A stretch of 64,000 nucleotides of DNA from a bacterium (GCA_021813945.1 JAKAJD010000002.1:173936-237935); one strand, 5' to 3'. Shown: positions 39,475-50,076, counted from the stretch's first letter. Notes: generated from the sequence alone by a model not told the origin. Numbers and translations are program-made.

Positions 39475-40086
39475 CTACTTCTTAAAGACCAGGATTTTGT
39501 AGCCTACAAAATTCCAAAACAGGCTTATAACTGTCGCCAATAGCTTTGCAACATTTGGTCTTAGATTTGGGTTTGCAATAACATGCGGGAAAATATAAGT
39601 AGAAAGAAAATAGACCACAAAAGCATTAATTAAAAGTCCGATAACTGTAACTATTAAAAACGAACCAAAATTTTGCCCCGCCTTTTTCTTGGAAACGAAA
39701 GTAAATTCCCTGTTCCAAAAATAACTGTTTACTGTTGCTACGCTAAAGGAAATAGCTGCGGTAAAAAATATCCCAATTCCTTGAGTCACACCTGTCAAAA
39801 AAATAATCAGATTCAAAATTCCAAAATCAATCGCAGTATTTAAAACTCCAACCAGCATGAATTTGGCAAATTGCCAAACAAGAGGCACAATCTTTCCTAG
39901 AAAATTTCCCACCACAAGGCCTACTACAGCTAAAATTGGCAGGACAATAAAGATAATCGGCCATTCGTATGGCAATTTCGAATCAAGACCAGTATTAATA
40001 AGTGTAGGCACGAGAAAAATTGCAGTTAGAAAACCTGCAACAAGTCCAAGGAGCAAATCCTTATTTTTCATGACAGATAATACCAT
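39475..40086 (-). CDS. GtrA-like membrane protein (polysaccharide synthesis associated)
   Basis: Small polytopic protein with a …FLLVGVLNTAIDFGILNL… GtrA-type first helix. Confidence 0.45.
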   Translation of the reverse strand: MVLSVMKNKDLLLGLVAGFLTAIFLVPTLINTGLDSKLPYEWPIIFIVLPILAVVGLVVGNFLGKIVPLVWQFAKFMLVGVLNTAIDFGILNLIIFLTGVTQGIGIFFTAAISFSVATVNSYFWNREFTFVSKKKAGQNFGSFLIVTVIGLLINAFVVYFLSTYIFPHVIANPNLRPNVAKLLATVISLFWNFVGYKILVFKK

Positions 40087-40147
40087 TGTATATACAAATG
40101 AAAAGAATTTTCAACACAGGCCAATTTCAAAATGCTAACATTACATT

Positions 40148-40936
40148 GTGTCTAGAAAATACAAATTTATCATCCTTATTCTTCTGACAGCCATTATAGT
40201 TACCGTCAGTTTATGGTCGGACGCACTTTTCAGGTCAAATCAAAATCTTTCGGAAAATAAGCAAAACCCTACATTGTTATCAAAAGTAATTGCAGAAAAA
40301 GTAGCATCGTCTTCGGCGCAATCCGCGCTCGAAAATATCGAGCCCCAAAAAGTATCAAGAGTCATAGATGGGGACACAATTGAGCTTGAAAACGGCCAAA
40401 AAGTTCGCTACATTGGCATCAATACTCCCGAAACAGTAGACCCAAGAAAATCTGTCGAGTGCTTCGGTAAAGAAGCTTCACTAAAAAACAAAGAATTGGT
40501 GGAAGGCAAAAATGTTCGATTGGAAAAAGACATTTCGGAAAGGGATAAATATTCCCGTCTTCTGCGATACGTCTACGTTGATGACATCTTCGTAAACGAC
40601 TATCTTGTTCGACAAGGGTTCGCCTATGCAAGTACATTTCCACCAGATGTAAAATATCAAGATCAATTTCAAAAGGCGCAACTAGAGGCACAGCAGCAAA
40701 ATAGGGGTATATGGTCAAATTGTCAGCAAGGTTCATCGGAATCCAACCCTCAAACCACTACTTCAGACTCCAACTGCCAGATAAAGGGTAATATTTCTTC
40801 AAGCGGCGAAAAAATCTATCACCTCCCATCTCAGCGTTATTACAATCAAACAACCATCGATGAATCCAAAGGGGAGAGGTGGTTTTGCACGGAAGACGAA
40901 GCTATTGCGGCTGGCTGGCGAAAATCCAAAATTTGA
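40148..40936 (+). CDS. Secreted thermonuclease (SNase/micrococcal nuclease-like) with a C-terminal Cys-containing extension
   Basis: N-terminal TM/signal. SNase core VIDGDTIEL…RYIGINTPE…RLLRYVY…. Confidence 0.8.
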   Translation: MSRKYKFIILILLTAIIVTVSLWSDALFRSNQNLSENKQNPTLLSKVIAEKVASSSAQSALENIEPQKVSRVIDGDTIELENGQKVRYIGINTPETVDPRKSVECFGKEASLKNKELVEGKNVRLEKDISERDKYSRLLRYVYVDDIFVNDYLVRQGFAYASTFPPDVKYQDQFQKAQLEAQQQNRGIWSNCQQGSSESNPQTTTSDSNCQIKGNISSSGEKIYHLPSQRYYNQTTIDESKGERWFCTEDEAIAAGWRKSKI

Positions 40937-40956
40937 AAAAAGATTGATATAATAAG

Positions 40957-41370
40957 ATGATGTCAAATATTTGGGAAACTTTAAAAAACGAAAAACGCTT
41001 AACACGTCATTATTACGGTGATTTGGTAAGGTTCCTTTTTATGCTGGCGGCCATAATCATGCTAGTTACTTTACCGTTTTTAATCGGTAAATTACCGGTT
41101 CCGCTTTATGCGTCGATTCTGGCGATTTTGGCAATTGGCGTTTTAGCAGGAATCACAAATCCACTCCAAAAATGGATTTCCATTTTAAATGGCGCTATTT
41201 CTTTTGCCGCTCTTTTTGTTTTTGAATATTACGCGGTAAATTCCTTAACAACTTCAGGAGCAGGAAATCTGTATTTTATTACAAATCAGCTCCTGGCTCT
41301 GGTTTTTCTTTTTGCTCTTTACTACAGCATTAAGACAATTCGTGCAATGTACCTCAAAGATAACCCTTAA
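40957..41370 (+). CDS. Hypothetical membrane protein (4 TM)
   Basis: 137-aa hydrophobic ORF. Confidence 0.4.
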   Translation: MMSNIWETLKNEKRLTRHYYGDLVRFLFMLAAIIMLVTLPFLIGKLPVPLYASILAILAIGVLAGITNPLQKWISILNGAISFAALFVFEYYAVNSLTTSGAGNLYFITNQLLALVFLFALYYSIKTIRAMYLKDNP

Positions 41371-42917
41371 TGCTTGCCAAAATCACTTCCGCCGCAGTTG
41401 TTGGCCTAGACGCCGTTCCAATTACTGTTGAGGTGGATATAGCAGCTCAAGGCTTACCATCTTTCACTATCGTCGGTCTCCCGGACAAAGCCGTTGAGGA
41501 ATCAAAAGAGCGTGTTCGTGCTGCCTTAAAAAATTCGGGCGCAGACTTTCCAGCAAAAAGAATTACAGTAAACCTTGCGCCTGCCGATCTTCCAAAAGAA
41601 GGGCCGGCATACGACCTGCCAATTGCCTTAGGAATTTTAATTGCATCCGAGCAACTTAAGGAAACACCGGAAATAAAAAACAGTATCTTCTTGGGCGAAC
41701 TTTCCCTCGACGGTTCACTTCGCAGAATTTGGGGGGTTTTGCCGGCTGCGATTATGGCAAGGGATCAAGCCTTTCAGGAATTATTTATTCCTGAAGATAA
41801 TTTGGAAGAAGCAGCAATTATGAGTAAAATCAAAGTTTACCCGGTCAGAAGTTTAAAGCAAATCTTTGACCATTTTTCAACTTCAATCTTACCCAAAGCT
41901 CAACAAAAATCAATCAAAGCTTCAAAAACCATCAAACAAAATTTTATGAAACAGTACGCGGAAGAATATGATTTTGAAAACATAAAAGGTCAGGAAAGCG
42001 CCAAACGGGCTTTGGAAATTGCAGCAGCAGGTGCTCACAACATTTTAATGAAAGGACCACCAGGTGCCGGCAAAACCTTAATGGCCAGAAGTTTTCCAAC
42101 AATTTTGCCAAAATTAACTTTTGAAGAAAGTTTGGAAGTTACCAAAATTTATTCTGTCGCCAACCTGCTAAACCGCGAAAATCCAATAATTACAAACAGG
42201 CCATTTAGAAGCCCTCACCACACCACAAGCCACATAGGTTTAATCGGTGGCGGCAATGTACCTCATCCTGGTGAAATTTCACTAGCTCACCGCGGTGTCT
42301 TATTTTTGGATGAATTTCCGGAATTTCCAAGGCAAGTTTTGGAAGCGCTTCGCCAACCCATGGAAGACGGCCATGTTACCATTTCGCGTGCCGCAGGACG
42401 AGTGCTTTTCCCGTCACGTTTTACCCTGGTTGCTGCCGCCAACCCTTGTCCATGTGGTTTTTTAGGAGACGAAACTAGATCTTGTGTGTGCTCACCCTCA
42501 ACAATTACACGCTACCAAAAGCGTATTTCTGGCCCAATTCTCGACAGAATCGATATACACATAACAGTTCCGGCAGTCAAAGTTGAAAAATTAACTCAAG
42601 ACCAGAAATCCGAAACTTCAAAAACAATCCAGTCACGGGTTCAAAGAGCTCGCGAAATTCAACTCAAGAGATTTAAAGGTACAAAAATCAAATCAAATTC
42701 TGAAATGAGCTCAAAACTGACAAAGGAATATGCCGCACTCGACGAAGCATCAATCACGCTTCTCAAACAAGCAATTTCAAAACTCAATTTATCAGCACGT
42801 TCCTTCCATAAAGTTGTCAAAATCGCAAGGACCATAGCCGACCTGGAATCATCGGTTAAAATTAAATCAAATCACGTTGCAGAAGCTTTGCAATATAGAC
42901 CTCAACAGGAAAGTTAA
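41370..42917 (+). CDS. comM: Mg-chelatase-like AAA+ ATPase YifB/ComM
   Basis: Lon-like N-terminal domain, Walker A GPPGAGKT, and …VLFLDEFPEF…ISRAAG…AAANPCPCG…. Confidence 0.9.
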   Translation: MLAKITSAAVVGLDAVPITVEVDIAAQGLPSFTIVGLPDKAVEESKERVRAALKNSGADFPAKRITVNLAPADLPKEGPAYDLPIALGILIASEQLKETPEIKNSIFLGELSLDGSLRRIWGVLPAAIMARDQAFQELFIPEDNLEEAAIMSKIKVYPVRSLKQIFDHFSTSILPKAQQKSIKASKTIKQNFMKQYAEEYDFENIKGQESAKRALEIAAAGAHNILMKGPPGAGKTLMARSFPTILPKLTFEESLEVTKIYSVANLLNRENPIITNRPFRSPHHTTSHIGLIGGGNVPHPGEISLAHRGVLFLDEFPEFPRQVLEALRQPMEDGHVTISRAAGRVLFPSRFTLVAAANPCPCGFLGDETRSCVCSPSTITRYQKRISGPILDRIDIHITVPAVKVEKLTQDQKSETSKTIQSRVQRAREIQLKRFKGTKIKSNSEMSSKLTKEYAALDEASITLLKQAISKLNLSARSFHKVVKIARTIADLESSVKIKSNHVAEALQYRPQQES

Positions 42918-42947
42918 TATCAGCGAAATATTTGCTACAATTGCCTT

Positions 42948-43496
42948 GTGAAAAAAAGTTATTTGTTCGCACTTATCATATACTTGTTAGTCTCAATTTT
43001 TTTGCAGTTAAAATTTAATAATATAAAAACCGATATAGGTCAAATAAGACTAATTAGTAATAGTGATTTTTCAAATAGCCTAGCAGAATCAATCAGGTCT
43101 GACACAAATACTAAAACAATTTTAATTACCCGTGCCTTTCATAATAAATTATGGTCTACGGGTGAGGAATTTAGCCTAAACATTGCGAGAGCCCTAGACC
43201 CTTCCTACTTATTTGGATTTAATCAATCGGGAATGTATGAAGAATCTAATAAATATGTTCTTTTATACCCTTTTGAATTTCCTATATTTTTAATATTTTT
43301 GTTTTATTTGGTAAACAACAAAATAAAATACAAAAAAATTTTATTAATCCTTATTACTTTTTCTTTAATTACGATTGGATTACTGGAACCACATTACAGT
43401 TTTATAAAATTTTTTCCTTTGATATTTACACTAAAAATAGGAATATTTTTAGGATTTGTGGAATTACTAAGTGGATTAAAATGGCTAAAAAAATAA
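42948..43496 (+). CDS. Hypothetical membrane protein
   Basis: 182 aa with N- and C-terminal hydrophobic helices. Overlaps the next gene. Confidence 0.4.
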   Translation: MKKSYLFALIIYLLVSIFLQLKFNNIKTDIGQIRLISNSDFSNSLAESIRSDTNTKTILITRAFHNKLWSTGEEFSLNIARALDPSYLFGFNQSGMYEESNKYVLLYPFEFPIFLIFLFYLVNNKIKYKKILLILITFSLITIGLLEPHYSFIKFFPLIFTLKIGIFLGFVELLSGLKWLKK

Positions 43497-45106
43497 TATT
43501 AATTGTATTAATAGTTTTTGGTCTCGTTGTTAGGTTTGCAGCTCTCGGCAAAGTTCCCCAAGGACTTTTTTCTGACGAGGTTGCAATAGGTTTAAACGCC
43601 AAGTTAATTGCTCAAGAAGGATACGACGAATATGGAAGGGACCATCCTTTCGCTTTTGAATCTTTTTCCGATTATAAATTTCCCGGATATATTTACGCCA
43701 CAGCGTTAGCTTATAAATTCTTCGGCTCAACAGTAATAACCGTTAGATTGGCTTCCTTTTTACCTGGCTTAATTACAATTTTTATTATTGGATTAATTGC
43801 AAAAGAGTTATTTCCAAAAACCTTAACTTATTTGTATGCAATGGCATTTTTAACCACTAATCCATTACATATTCAGTATTCATCTATCGCTTACGAAGCC
43901 AATTTTGCACTCATGTTCCTCAGCATATTTCTATTATCAGTCCTCAAAATTGCAAGTAATAAAAATCCTAAAATTTTCTTGCCTCTTGGTGTTTTATCAA
44001 TAATTTTGGGAACGTGGACTTATCATGCAGAAGTCATAATTTTTCCATTGATATCATTATCACTGTTCATACTGTCATTTTTTGTGAGAGGAAAAACTGC
44101 CGATCTTAAGCTACTTAGGTTTTCTACAATAATTTATTTCACTGCTTGTATATTTGCAACCATACCATTTTTAATAAACCATCATATAGATGAAAGACCA
44201 ATTTCTTACTTGATAGGACAAAAAGACATTTTACTAAGACTAAATGAAATAACATCTTCTTTTGTTAGATCTTTTAATTTAGAATTTCTTTTTTTTAGGG
44301 GAGACACTTTTGCTTATAGAAACGGGTTGCAAGAATACGGAATATTTCCATTAGTGTTTTTATTACCGTTGGCATTAGGATTTCTGCTAATAATAAAAAA
44401 TTTTTCCTGGAAAAACTTTCCGCCAATATTTTTATTAAGTATCTTAACTATTACACTATTGCCGTCAGCACTTTCTAGCCCTGTGCCGTATGCAACGCGT
44501 ATATTGCCGTTTCTTATTCCAATAGTTTTAATTGGTTCTTTAGGCACGGCATACTTATTTGACAAGTTATTAAATAATAAAATATCCCAAATTCTACTCC
44601 TATGTATTTTTATTTTTCAGGAACTACTTTTTGTTCATATATTTTTCGTTCATTATGAAAAAACCAGTCGACATGAATTTCCAGGAGTTTCTGTTCAATT
44701 ATCACAGGCTGCTTCTGGACTCATTCAGCAGGACAAAATGGTTTATTTTCTCAACGGTTACTCTTGCTTGCCCTGGGGCAATGATGTTTTGGAGCTTTGG
44801 TACTTTTCTAAGCTTTCCAACAAAAAAATGGTCAACTGGAATTTGCAGTTTAGGTCTCAAAGGATTGAACAAAATAACCATGCAGTAATTTTTGACAGTA
44901 TGAAATCTCCAAAGGCTGAGTTTGCAAACGTAAAAATTAATTTGGATCAGGAAGAAATGGCAACAAGCAACAGCGGCAGCTATCTCATAAGATGCACAAC
45001 TCAGGGACAACTCTATGATCCATCTTCAGAAAAATTGATCCAAAAGTTTTACATGTATCCGGAATATAATTTGTACGAAGTTTATACACTAAGCCAAAAA
45101 TTTTAA
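43481..45106 (+). CDS. ArnT/PMT-like GT-C glycosyltransferase (family 39/83)
   Basis: N-terminal loop …VPQGLFSDEVAIGLNA…. 541 aa, polytopic. Confidence 0.75.
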   Translation: MAKKIILIVLIVFGLVVRFAALGKVPQGLFSDEVAIGLNAKLIAQEGYDEYGRDHPFAFESFSDYKFPGYIYATALAYKFFGSTVITVRLASFLPGLITIFIIGLIAKELFPKTLTYLYAMAFLTTNPLHIQYSSIAYEANFALMFLSIFLLSVLKIASNKNPKIFLPLGVLSIILGTWTYHAEVIIFPLISLSLFILSFFVRGKTADLKLLRFSTIIYFTACIFATIPFLINHHIDERPISYLIGQKDILLRLNEITSSFVRSFNLEFLFFRGDTFAYRNGLQEYGIFPLVFLLPLALGFLLIIKNFSWKNFPPIFLLSILTITLLPSALSSPVPYATRILPFLIPIVLIGSLGTAYLFDKLLNNKISQILLLCIFIFQELLFVHIFFVHYEKTSRHEFPGVSVQLSQAASGLIQQDKMVYFLNGYSCLPWGNDVLELWYFSKLSNKKMVNWNLQFRSQRIEQNNHAVIFDSMKSPKAEFANVKINLDQEEMATSNSGSYLIRCTTQGQLYDPSSEKLIQKFYMYPEYNLYEVYTLSQKF

Positions 45107-45150
45107 ACGATACTTTCATAAAATAAGAGAATTTTTGCTACAATTGGATT

Positions 45151-45777
45151 GTGAGGAAAGTAATATTCTTGTCGATTTCAGTATTAATTGCGTTATCGAT
45201 TTTCTTAGGTATTATTGCAGAAATCATAAGTTTTAGGCTCGTCAAGAAAACGACAGACCAAATCAATCTCGATCTCAACAAAAAATTTCAGCAAATTGTC
45301 AGAATTCCAGCCGTAGTGCCACCCTCCTTTCGAGGATTTTATCAGACCACTTATAGCTGGGAAATGGAAACCCCCCAAAAAGAAGTTATTAAAGTAATCT
45401 TTACCCATGACACGGGTTTTTCTAAATCTCAAAGCACAATTGTCGCCACTTTATCGATGGAACCAGGAGCCGACGCAAGCCTTTTTAATAAAGTCCTCCC
45501 GGCTGTTGTATCAGACAGCCAAGCTCTTTCATCTGCCCAGGATTTCGAACATCCTAACCTCTCCGCAAATAATCAAATTGGCTATAAAAAATTATCTCTT
45601 GACCATTCAGCCAGTGATGCAAGCAAGGTTACACAGATTACTTGGGAATTTGATAAATCCCAGCTGACAGAAGGGGATGAAGTTTTATATAACAAGTTAG
45701 AAAGAATTCCCCAGCCAGTCCTTAAACTTCTATATAGCTTCAAAGAGTTAACGATCAAAGCCTTTTCCGGAAATTGA
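45151..45777 (+). CDS. Hypothetical secreted protein
   Basis: N-terminal TM/signal helix. No family recognised. Confidence 0.4.
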   Translation: MRKVIFLSISVLIALSIFLGIIAEIISFRLVKKTTDQINLDLNKKFQQIVRIPAVVPPSFRGFYQTTYSWEMETPQKEVIKVIFTHDTGFSKSQSTIVATLSMEPGADASLFNKVLPAVVSDSQALSSAQDFEHPNLSANNQIGYKKLSLDHSASDASKVTQITWEFDKSQLTEGDEVLYNKLERIPQPVLKLLYSFKELTIKAFSGN

Positions 45778-45782
45778 AGTAG

Positions 45783-45821
45783 AAAAAACCCCACAACCAT
45801 TTGGTAATTTGGGGTTTTTTC
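45783..45821. terminator. Bidirectional intrinsic terminator hairpin (AAAACCCCA…TGGGGTTTT) flanked by A- and T-runs
   Basis: aaaaaaccccacaaccatttggtaatttggggtttttt lies between convergent genes. Confidence 0.6.
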
Positions 45822-45842
45822 AAATGAAACTCTAAGTTTGAC

Positions 45843-45983
45843 TTAGCCACCAATTTTGAACATTGATGTGCCGCAAACTGGGCATTTGCCCTTAAGAGCA
45901 GGTTTACCATTTTTCATGGTCACTTTTTGAGCGTTTGGGTCATCTCTTTTCTCTCGACATTTAACACAATACATTGTAGCCAT
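45843..45983 (-). CDS. Small zinc-ribbon protein (46 aa, CxxC…CxxC)
   Basis: Not in the ORF track (<60 aa). The minus-strand ORF gives MATMYCVKCREKRDDPNAQKVTMKNGKPALKGKCPVCGTSMFKIGG. A strong RBS AAAGGAGGTGAT precedes the ATG. Confidence 0.6.
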   Translation of the reverse strand: MATMYCVKCREKRDDPNAQKVTMKNGKPALKGKCPVCGTSMFKIGG

Positions 45984-46145
45984 TTTTATTTATCACCTCC
46001 TTTAAGCAGATAGATTCAAGAAGCCTTTGGCGACTTGTTTTACCGAGGCTATTTAGCTTCAGCTAGCTTCAACCATAGCACAAGCTAAAATTCAAAGTCA
46101 AGCGTGCCTAAATTAGGTTGCTTCGTGCCTAAAAATTATAATCAG

Positions 46146-46415
46146 TTAAAAAAATTTGAAGTTTGCCAGTTTCAAGGCTAATTGAAGCCCTATAATGATT
46201 CCTGCAAGGATAGAAATTTTCACAAGCTCCGATCGTACGTATTCATAGCTTTCCGCCAAGCCAAGGGCACTCGATTTAAGGTTTTTGCCTTTCTCATCAT
46301 CAGTTTTAATCGTCTCCACTCGAGCCTCTCTCCTATAGCTCACAAGGCCGCCTTCAATAAAATTCACTCGGCGGCTCGCAGCGGATTGTTTATGTCTTTT
46401 TGTTTTAAACGGCAT
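46146..46415 (-). CDS. Small hypothetical protein with a C-terminal TM anchor
   Basis: An RBS AAGGAAGGTGA lies 6 nt upstream of the ATG. Preferred over the overlapping + strand ORF 46182-46421. Confidence 0.5.
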   Translation of the reverse strand: MPFKTKRHKQSAASRRVNFIEGGLVSYRREARVETIKTDDEKGKNLKSSALGLAESYEYVRSELVKISILAGIIIGLQLALKLANFKFF

Positions 46416-46523
46416 ACTTAAATCACCTTCCTTAATATAATAACATCAAAAAAATTGCAACCGTTGACATTTATAAAGTTCGCATGGTAAAAGAGTGGAG
46501 TACTAAATTTATCCAAAGATGGC

Positions 46524-46991
46524 ATGGACCAATTGACAGTCACTAAATTTGTAATCTTTGGATTAATAATTTGGCTTGCACTTTTAACTTTTTATACCTT
46601 GAAGGTAATTGGCCACTACCGGAAATTAACCCGAGGCGCACAAAATATCGATTTGGGAAAAGTTTTGGAAAATCTTTTTGAAAAACAAGATATTCAAACT
46701 AAAAAACTCAATGAAGTTGCCTCAGTTGTTTCCAAAAACCAGGCGCATTCTCAGGGGCATATCCAAAAATATACACTCATGCGCTTTAACCCGTTTGAAG
46801 ATGCGGGGGGTGACCAAAGTTTTGTAATCGCTCTTTTGGATGGTAAGGACAGCGGAGTTGTGATTTCTTCGCTCCATTCAAGAAACGGAACTAGGGTTTA
46901 TGCTAAAAGCGTGGTCGGCGCAAAAGCAGTAAATCACCAGTTTACAAAAGAGGAGAAGGAAGCAGTCGAAAAAGCAGTAGCAAAAAAATAA
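46524..46991 (+). CDS. DUF4446-like membrane-anchored protein
   Basis: N-terminal TM helix. Motifs RFNPFEDAGGDQSFVIALLD recalled as DUF4446 hallmarks. Confidence 0.5.
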   Translation: MDQLTVTKFVIFGLIIWLALLTFYTLKVIGHYRKLTRGAQNIDLGKVLENLFEKQDIQTKKLNEVASVVSKNQAHSQGHIQKYTLMRFNPFEDAGGDQSFVIALLDGKDSGVVISSLHSRNGTRVYAKSVVGAKAVNHQFTKEEKEAVEKAVAKK

Positions 46992-46994
46992 AAA

Positions 46995-48131
46995 ATGTTA
47001 AACATTCCATCAAGTAAGAAAATTCAGATTTTACTTGGCGCAATTATTCTATACGCTGCATCGGCAGGCGTTTCCTATCTAGCTTTTAATAAATTCCTCA
47101 AAAATCCAATTAATATTCAAACTCCATTTGGCAATTTGTCGGATGTCACATCTGGATCTGAAGAAGGCACCAAAGACCAGCCATGCCCCCTAAACGGTGT
47201 TATGTATACCAAATCGAGGGAAGATCAGTGGTCCAAAAGAAGGCCGCTAGGGATTATGATTGAAAACCATGTTGATGCCAGGCCACAGCTGGGCCTTTCC
47301 CGGGCAGATGTTATTTATGAAGCGGTAGCCGAAGGCGGAATCACCAGATTCCTTGCTATGTATCTGTGCCAAGACGCAGGAGATATTGCACCTGTCAGGT
47401 CTGCAAGAACCTACTATCTCGACTGGCTTTCCGAGTATAATGCGGCTTACGCCCACGTTGGCGGCGCCAACACACCAGGACCGGCAGACGCTCTTGGACA
47501 AATTCGCGATTACAAGATAGACGACATGGACCAGTTCGGCCTTGGCTTTCCAACTTATTGGAGGGGAACCGATAAGCTTGCACCACACAATGTTCATACC
47601 ACCACCCAAAAACTTTGGGCTGCAGCAGAACAAAGAGGCTTCGGTCCAAAAAACGACAAAGGTGTGAGCTGGGATGCTAACTTCACTCAATGGAAATTTA
47701 AAGACGAAGCACCCCTGGAAAAGCGCGGCGATCAAAAGCCAATAGTCGTTCCGTTTTGGGCAGACCAGTCCGATTACACTGTTACATGGAATTATGACAA
47801 AAACTCAAACCTTTACAATAGATTCCATGGCCAAACGGCCCACACAGATCCTCTGACAAAAGAACAGCTTGCTGCCAAAAACGTTATAATCCAGTTTGAA
47901 ACCGAAAGAACTGCAGACGACGGATATCCAGACGGTCACCAACTTTACGGCACGATTGGAAGCGGCAATGCATTAATCTTTCAAGACGGAACTGCAATAA
48001 AAGGGAAATGGATAAAGACCTCGCGAACTGCAAGAACCAAATACGTCGACTCGCAAGGTAAGGAAATACAGCTAAATCGAGGCTTAATCTGGATACAAAC
48101 TATTCAGATTGGCAATAGCGTTACGTACTAA
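46995..48131 (+). CDS. DUF3048 (YerB-like) lipoprotein/secreted protein
   Basis: …LGIMIENHVDARPQLGLSRADVIYEAVAEGGITRFLAMY… resembles DUF3048. Confidence 0.55.
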   Translation: MLNIPSSKKIQILLGAIILYAASAGVSYLAFNKFLKNPINIQTPFGNLSDVTSGSEEGTKDQPCPLNGVMYTKSREDQWSKRRPLGIMIENHVDARPQLGLSRADVIYEAVAEGGITRFLAMYLCQDAGDIAPVRSARTYYLDWLSEYNAAYAHVGGANTPGPADALGQIRDYKIDDMDQFGLGFPTYWRGTDKLAPHNVHTTTQKLWAAAEQRGFGPKNDKGVSWDANFTQWKFKDEAPLEKRGDQKPIVVPFWADQSDYTVTWNYDKNSNLYNRFHGQTAHTDPLTKEQLAAKNVIIQFETERTADDGYPDGHQLYGTIGSGNALIFQDGTAIKGKWIKTSRTARTKYVDSQGKEIQLNRGLIWIQTIQIGNSVTY

Positions 48132-48175
48132 TTCTGCCTGCAAAATCTGCCTAAAGTAATGCCTGCCTAATAAAT

Positions 48176-48754
48176 ATGTTAGTTGATATATTAATTTCAA
48201 AAGTTAGAGTCAAAATCTTTGAACTCTTTTTAGGCAACCCTGGCCAGAGCTATCACGTGCGCGAGATAGTCCGAAGGGTAGATGAAGAAATTAACGCCGT
48301 CCGCCGCGAACTTGCCCGCTTGGAAAAAACGGGATTTCTGGCAAGTGAATGGAGGGCTAACCGCAGATATTACTCAGTCAAACGCGAGTATGTCTTTTTC
48401 TCCGAATTCCTATCCATGGTTAACAAAAGCGTAGGTTTGGGCGGGGCGATAATAAAAAACAAAGCAAAACTCGGAAAAATCAGCTACGCTATGCTTTCCG
48501 GATCTTTTGTTCGCGGCAAGCCCTATACCCAAAACGAAGTGGACCTTTTTGTAGTGGGGACAATCGTTTTGCCGGAACTTTCACAAATCATAAAAGACGA
48601 AGAAGCTAGAAGAAACCGCGAAATAAACTTCACGCCTATGACTGACGAAGAATTTAATTTCCGCAAATCTCGCCGCGACCCGTTTGTTTTAAGTATCCTT
48701 TCAAAACCTCGAGTTATGCTTTTGGGTGACGAAGAAGAAATGGTTAAACTTTAA
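48176..48754 (+). CDS. Winged-helix DNA-binding domain fused to a minimal nucleotidyltransferase (MNT) domain
   Basis: N-terminal wHTH-like (…YHVREIVRRVDEEINAVRRELARLEKTGFL…). The MNT motif is LSGSFVRGKPYTQNEVDLFVVG (GS…ExD). Confidence 0.45.
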   Translation: MLVDILISKVRVKIFELFLGNPGQSYHVREIVRRVDEEINAVRRELARLEKTGFLASEWRANRRYYSVKREYVFFSEFLSMVNKSVGLGGAIIKNKAKLGKISYAMLSGSFVRGKPYTQNEVDLFVVGTIVLPELSQIIKDEEARRNREINFTPMTDEEFNFRKSRRDPFVLSILSKPRVMLLGDEEEMVKL

Positions 48755-48756
48755 AT

Positions 48757-50076
48757 TTGCCCATGTCCAAAAAACCAAGACTGCTTCTTGCCTTAATCAT
48801 TCTTTTGGCTCTTGGAGCCCTTTATCTTGATATCCCCAAATTAACACTTTTTAAAAAAACGATTGTCCATCCCAAAATAAAATTAGGCCAGTACACCAAT
48901 AATCTCGAACCTAAACTCGGTCTCGATTTAGCCGGTGGCGTGCAGCTGACCTTATCTGCTGATATGTCCAATATTGCTCCGGCCGACCAGGCAAATGCCA
49001 TCGAATCCGTCAAAAACATTGTCGAAAACAGAATCAACTCTTTAGGTGTTGCCGAGCCTGTTATCCAAACGGCAAAGACTCCAAGCCAATATCGCCTTAT
49101 AGTAGAAATTCCCGGAATTTCGAATGTCGACGAGGCAGTTTCTCAAGTTAAACAAGCTGCCCATCTCGAATTCAAAATCCTTAAGCCGGAAATACCTGTA
49201 GAATCGACCGCTGCAGCCTACCTCGACAGCTACATCTCATCAGGTCTCACCGGTAGCGATTTAAAAAGGGCAACCCCTCAAGCGAGTAAAGACCCAAACA
49301 CCCCAGGATACGTAGTTAGTTTGGAATTCAACAGCGAAGGAACTAAAAAACTTGCCAAAATCACCCAGGATAACCTGGGAAAACCAATGGCAATGATTTT
49401 GGACAATCGTCCAATTTCTCAGGGTCCGCCGCCTGTGATCCGGGCTGTAATAACCGACGGTAATGCCCAAATTTCCGGAAACTTCGACGCCAAAAGCGCA
49501 AAACAGCTTTCCATCCAACTTAACGCCGGCGCCCTTCCGGTTCCACTAAAGATTGAAAGTCAGAGCCAGGTTGGTCCGACAATCGGATCCGTGGCAATTG
49601 AAAAAAGCATCATTGCCACCATAATCGGTCTTGCTTCCGTTGCTCTTTTTATGATTATCTACTATCGCTTTTTGGGATTTTTCGCAGTCATCGCCCTGGC
49701 AATCTACACCATTTTGGTTTTTGCCATTTTTAAGATTTTTCAGGTTACTCTAACGCTTGCCGGCATTGCCGGTTTTGTTCTTTCAATCGGCATGGCGGTT
49801 GATGCCAACATCTTAATTTTTGAACGCATAAAAGAAGAAAGACGTTGGGGGAAACCAAAACTCGACGCCTTTTTTGCCGGGTTCGACAGGGCCTGGACCT
49901 CCATTCGGGACTCCAATGTTTCCTCGCTTATTACAACTGCCATTCTTTTTAACTTTGGAACAGGTCCTATCCGCGGTTTTGCCCTAACCTTAGCGCTCGG
50001 AATTTTAGTTTCCATGTTTTCGGCAATCACAGTTTCCAGAACACTTTTGCGCTTTTTCTGGGTAGGGAAGATCTAA
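48757..50076 (+). CDS. secD: Protein translocase subunit SecD
   Basis: 439 aa with a periplasmic domain and six C-terminal TM helices. Confidence 0.9.
   Translation: MPMSKKPRLLLALIILLALGALYLDIPKLTLFKKTIVHPKIKLGQYTNNLEPKLGLDLAGGVQLTLSADMSNIAPADQANAIESVKNIVENRINSLGVAEPVIQTAKTPSQYRLIVEIPGISNVDEAVSQVKQAAHLEFKILKPEIPVESTAAAYLDSYISSGLTGSDLKRATPQASKDPNTPGYVVSLEFNSEGTKKLAKITQDNLGKPMAMILDNRPISQGPPPVIRAVITDGNAQISGNFDAKSAKQLSIQLNAGALPVPLKIESQSQVGPTIGSVAIEKSIIATIIGLASVALFMIIYYRFLGFFAVIALAIYTILVFAIFKIFQVTLTLAGIAGFVLSIGMAVDANILIFERIKEERRWGKPKLDAFFAGFDRAWTSIRDSNVSSLITTAILFNFGTGPIRGFALTLALGILVSMFSAITVSRTLLRFFWVGKI

Noticed and set aside
46182-46421. 79-aa plus-strand ORF overlapping the minus-strand gene 46146-46415
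   Set aside because: The minus-strand ORF has a canonical RBS (AAGGAAGGTGA) and a plausible tail-anchored topology. The plus-strand frame has neither.
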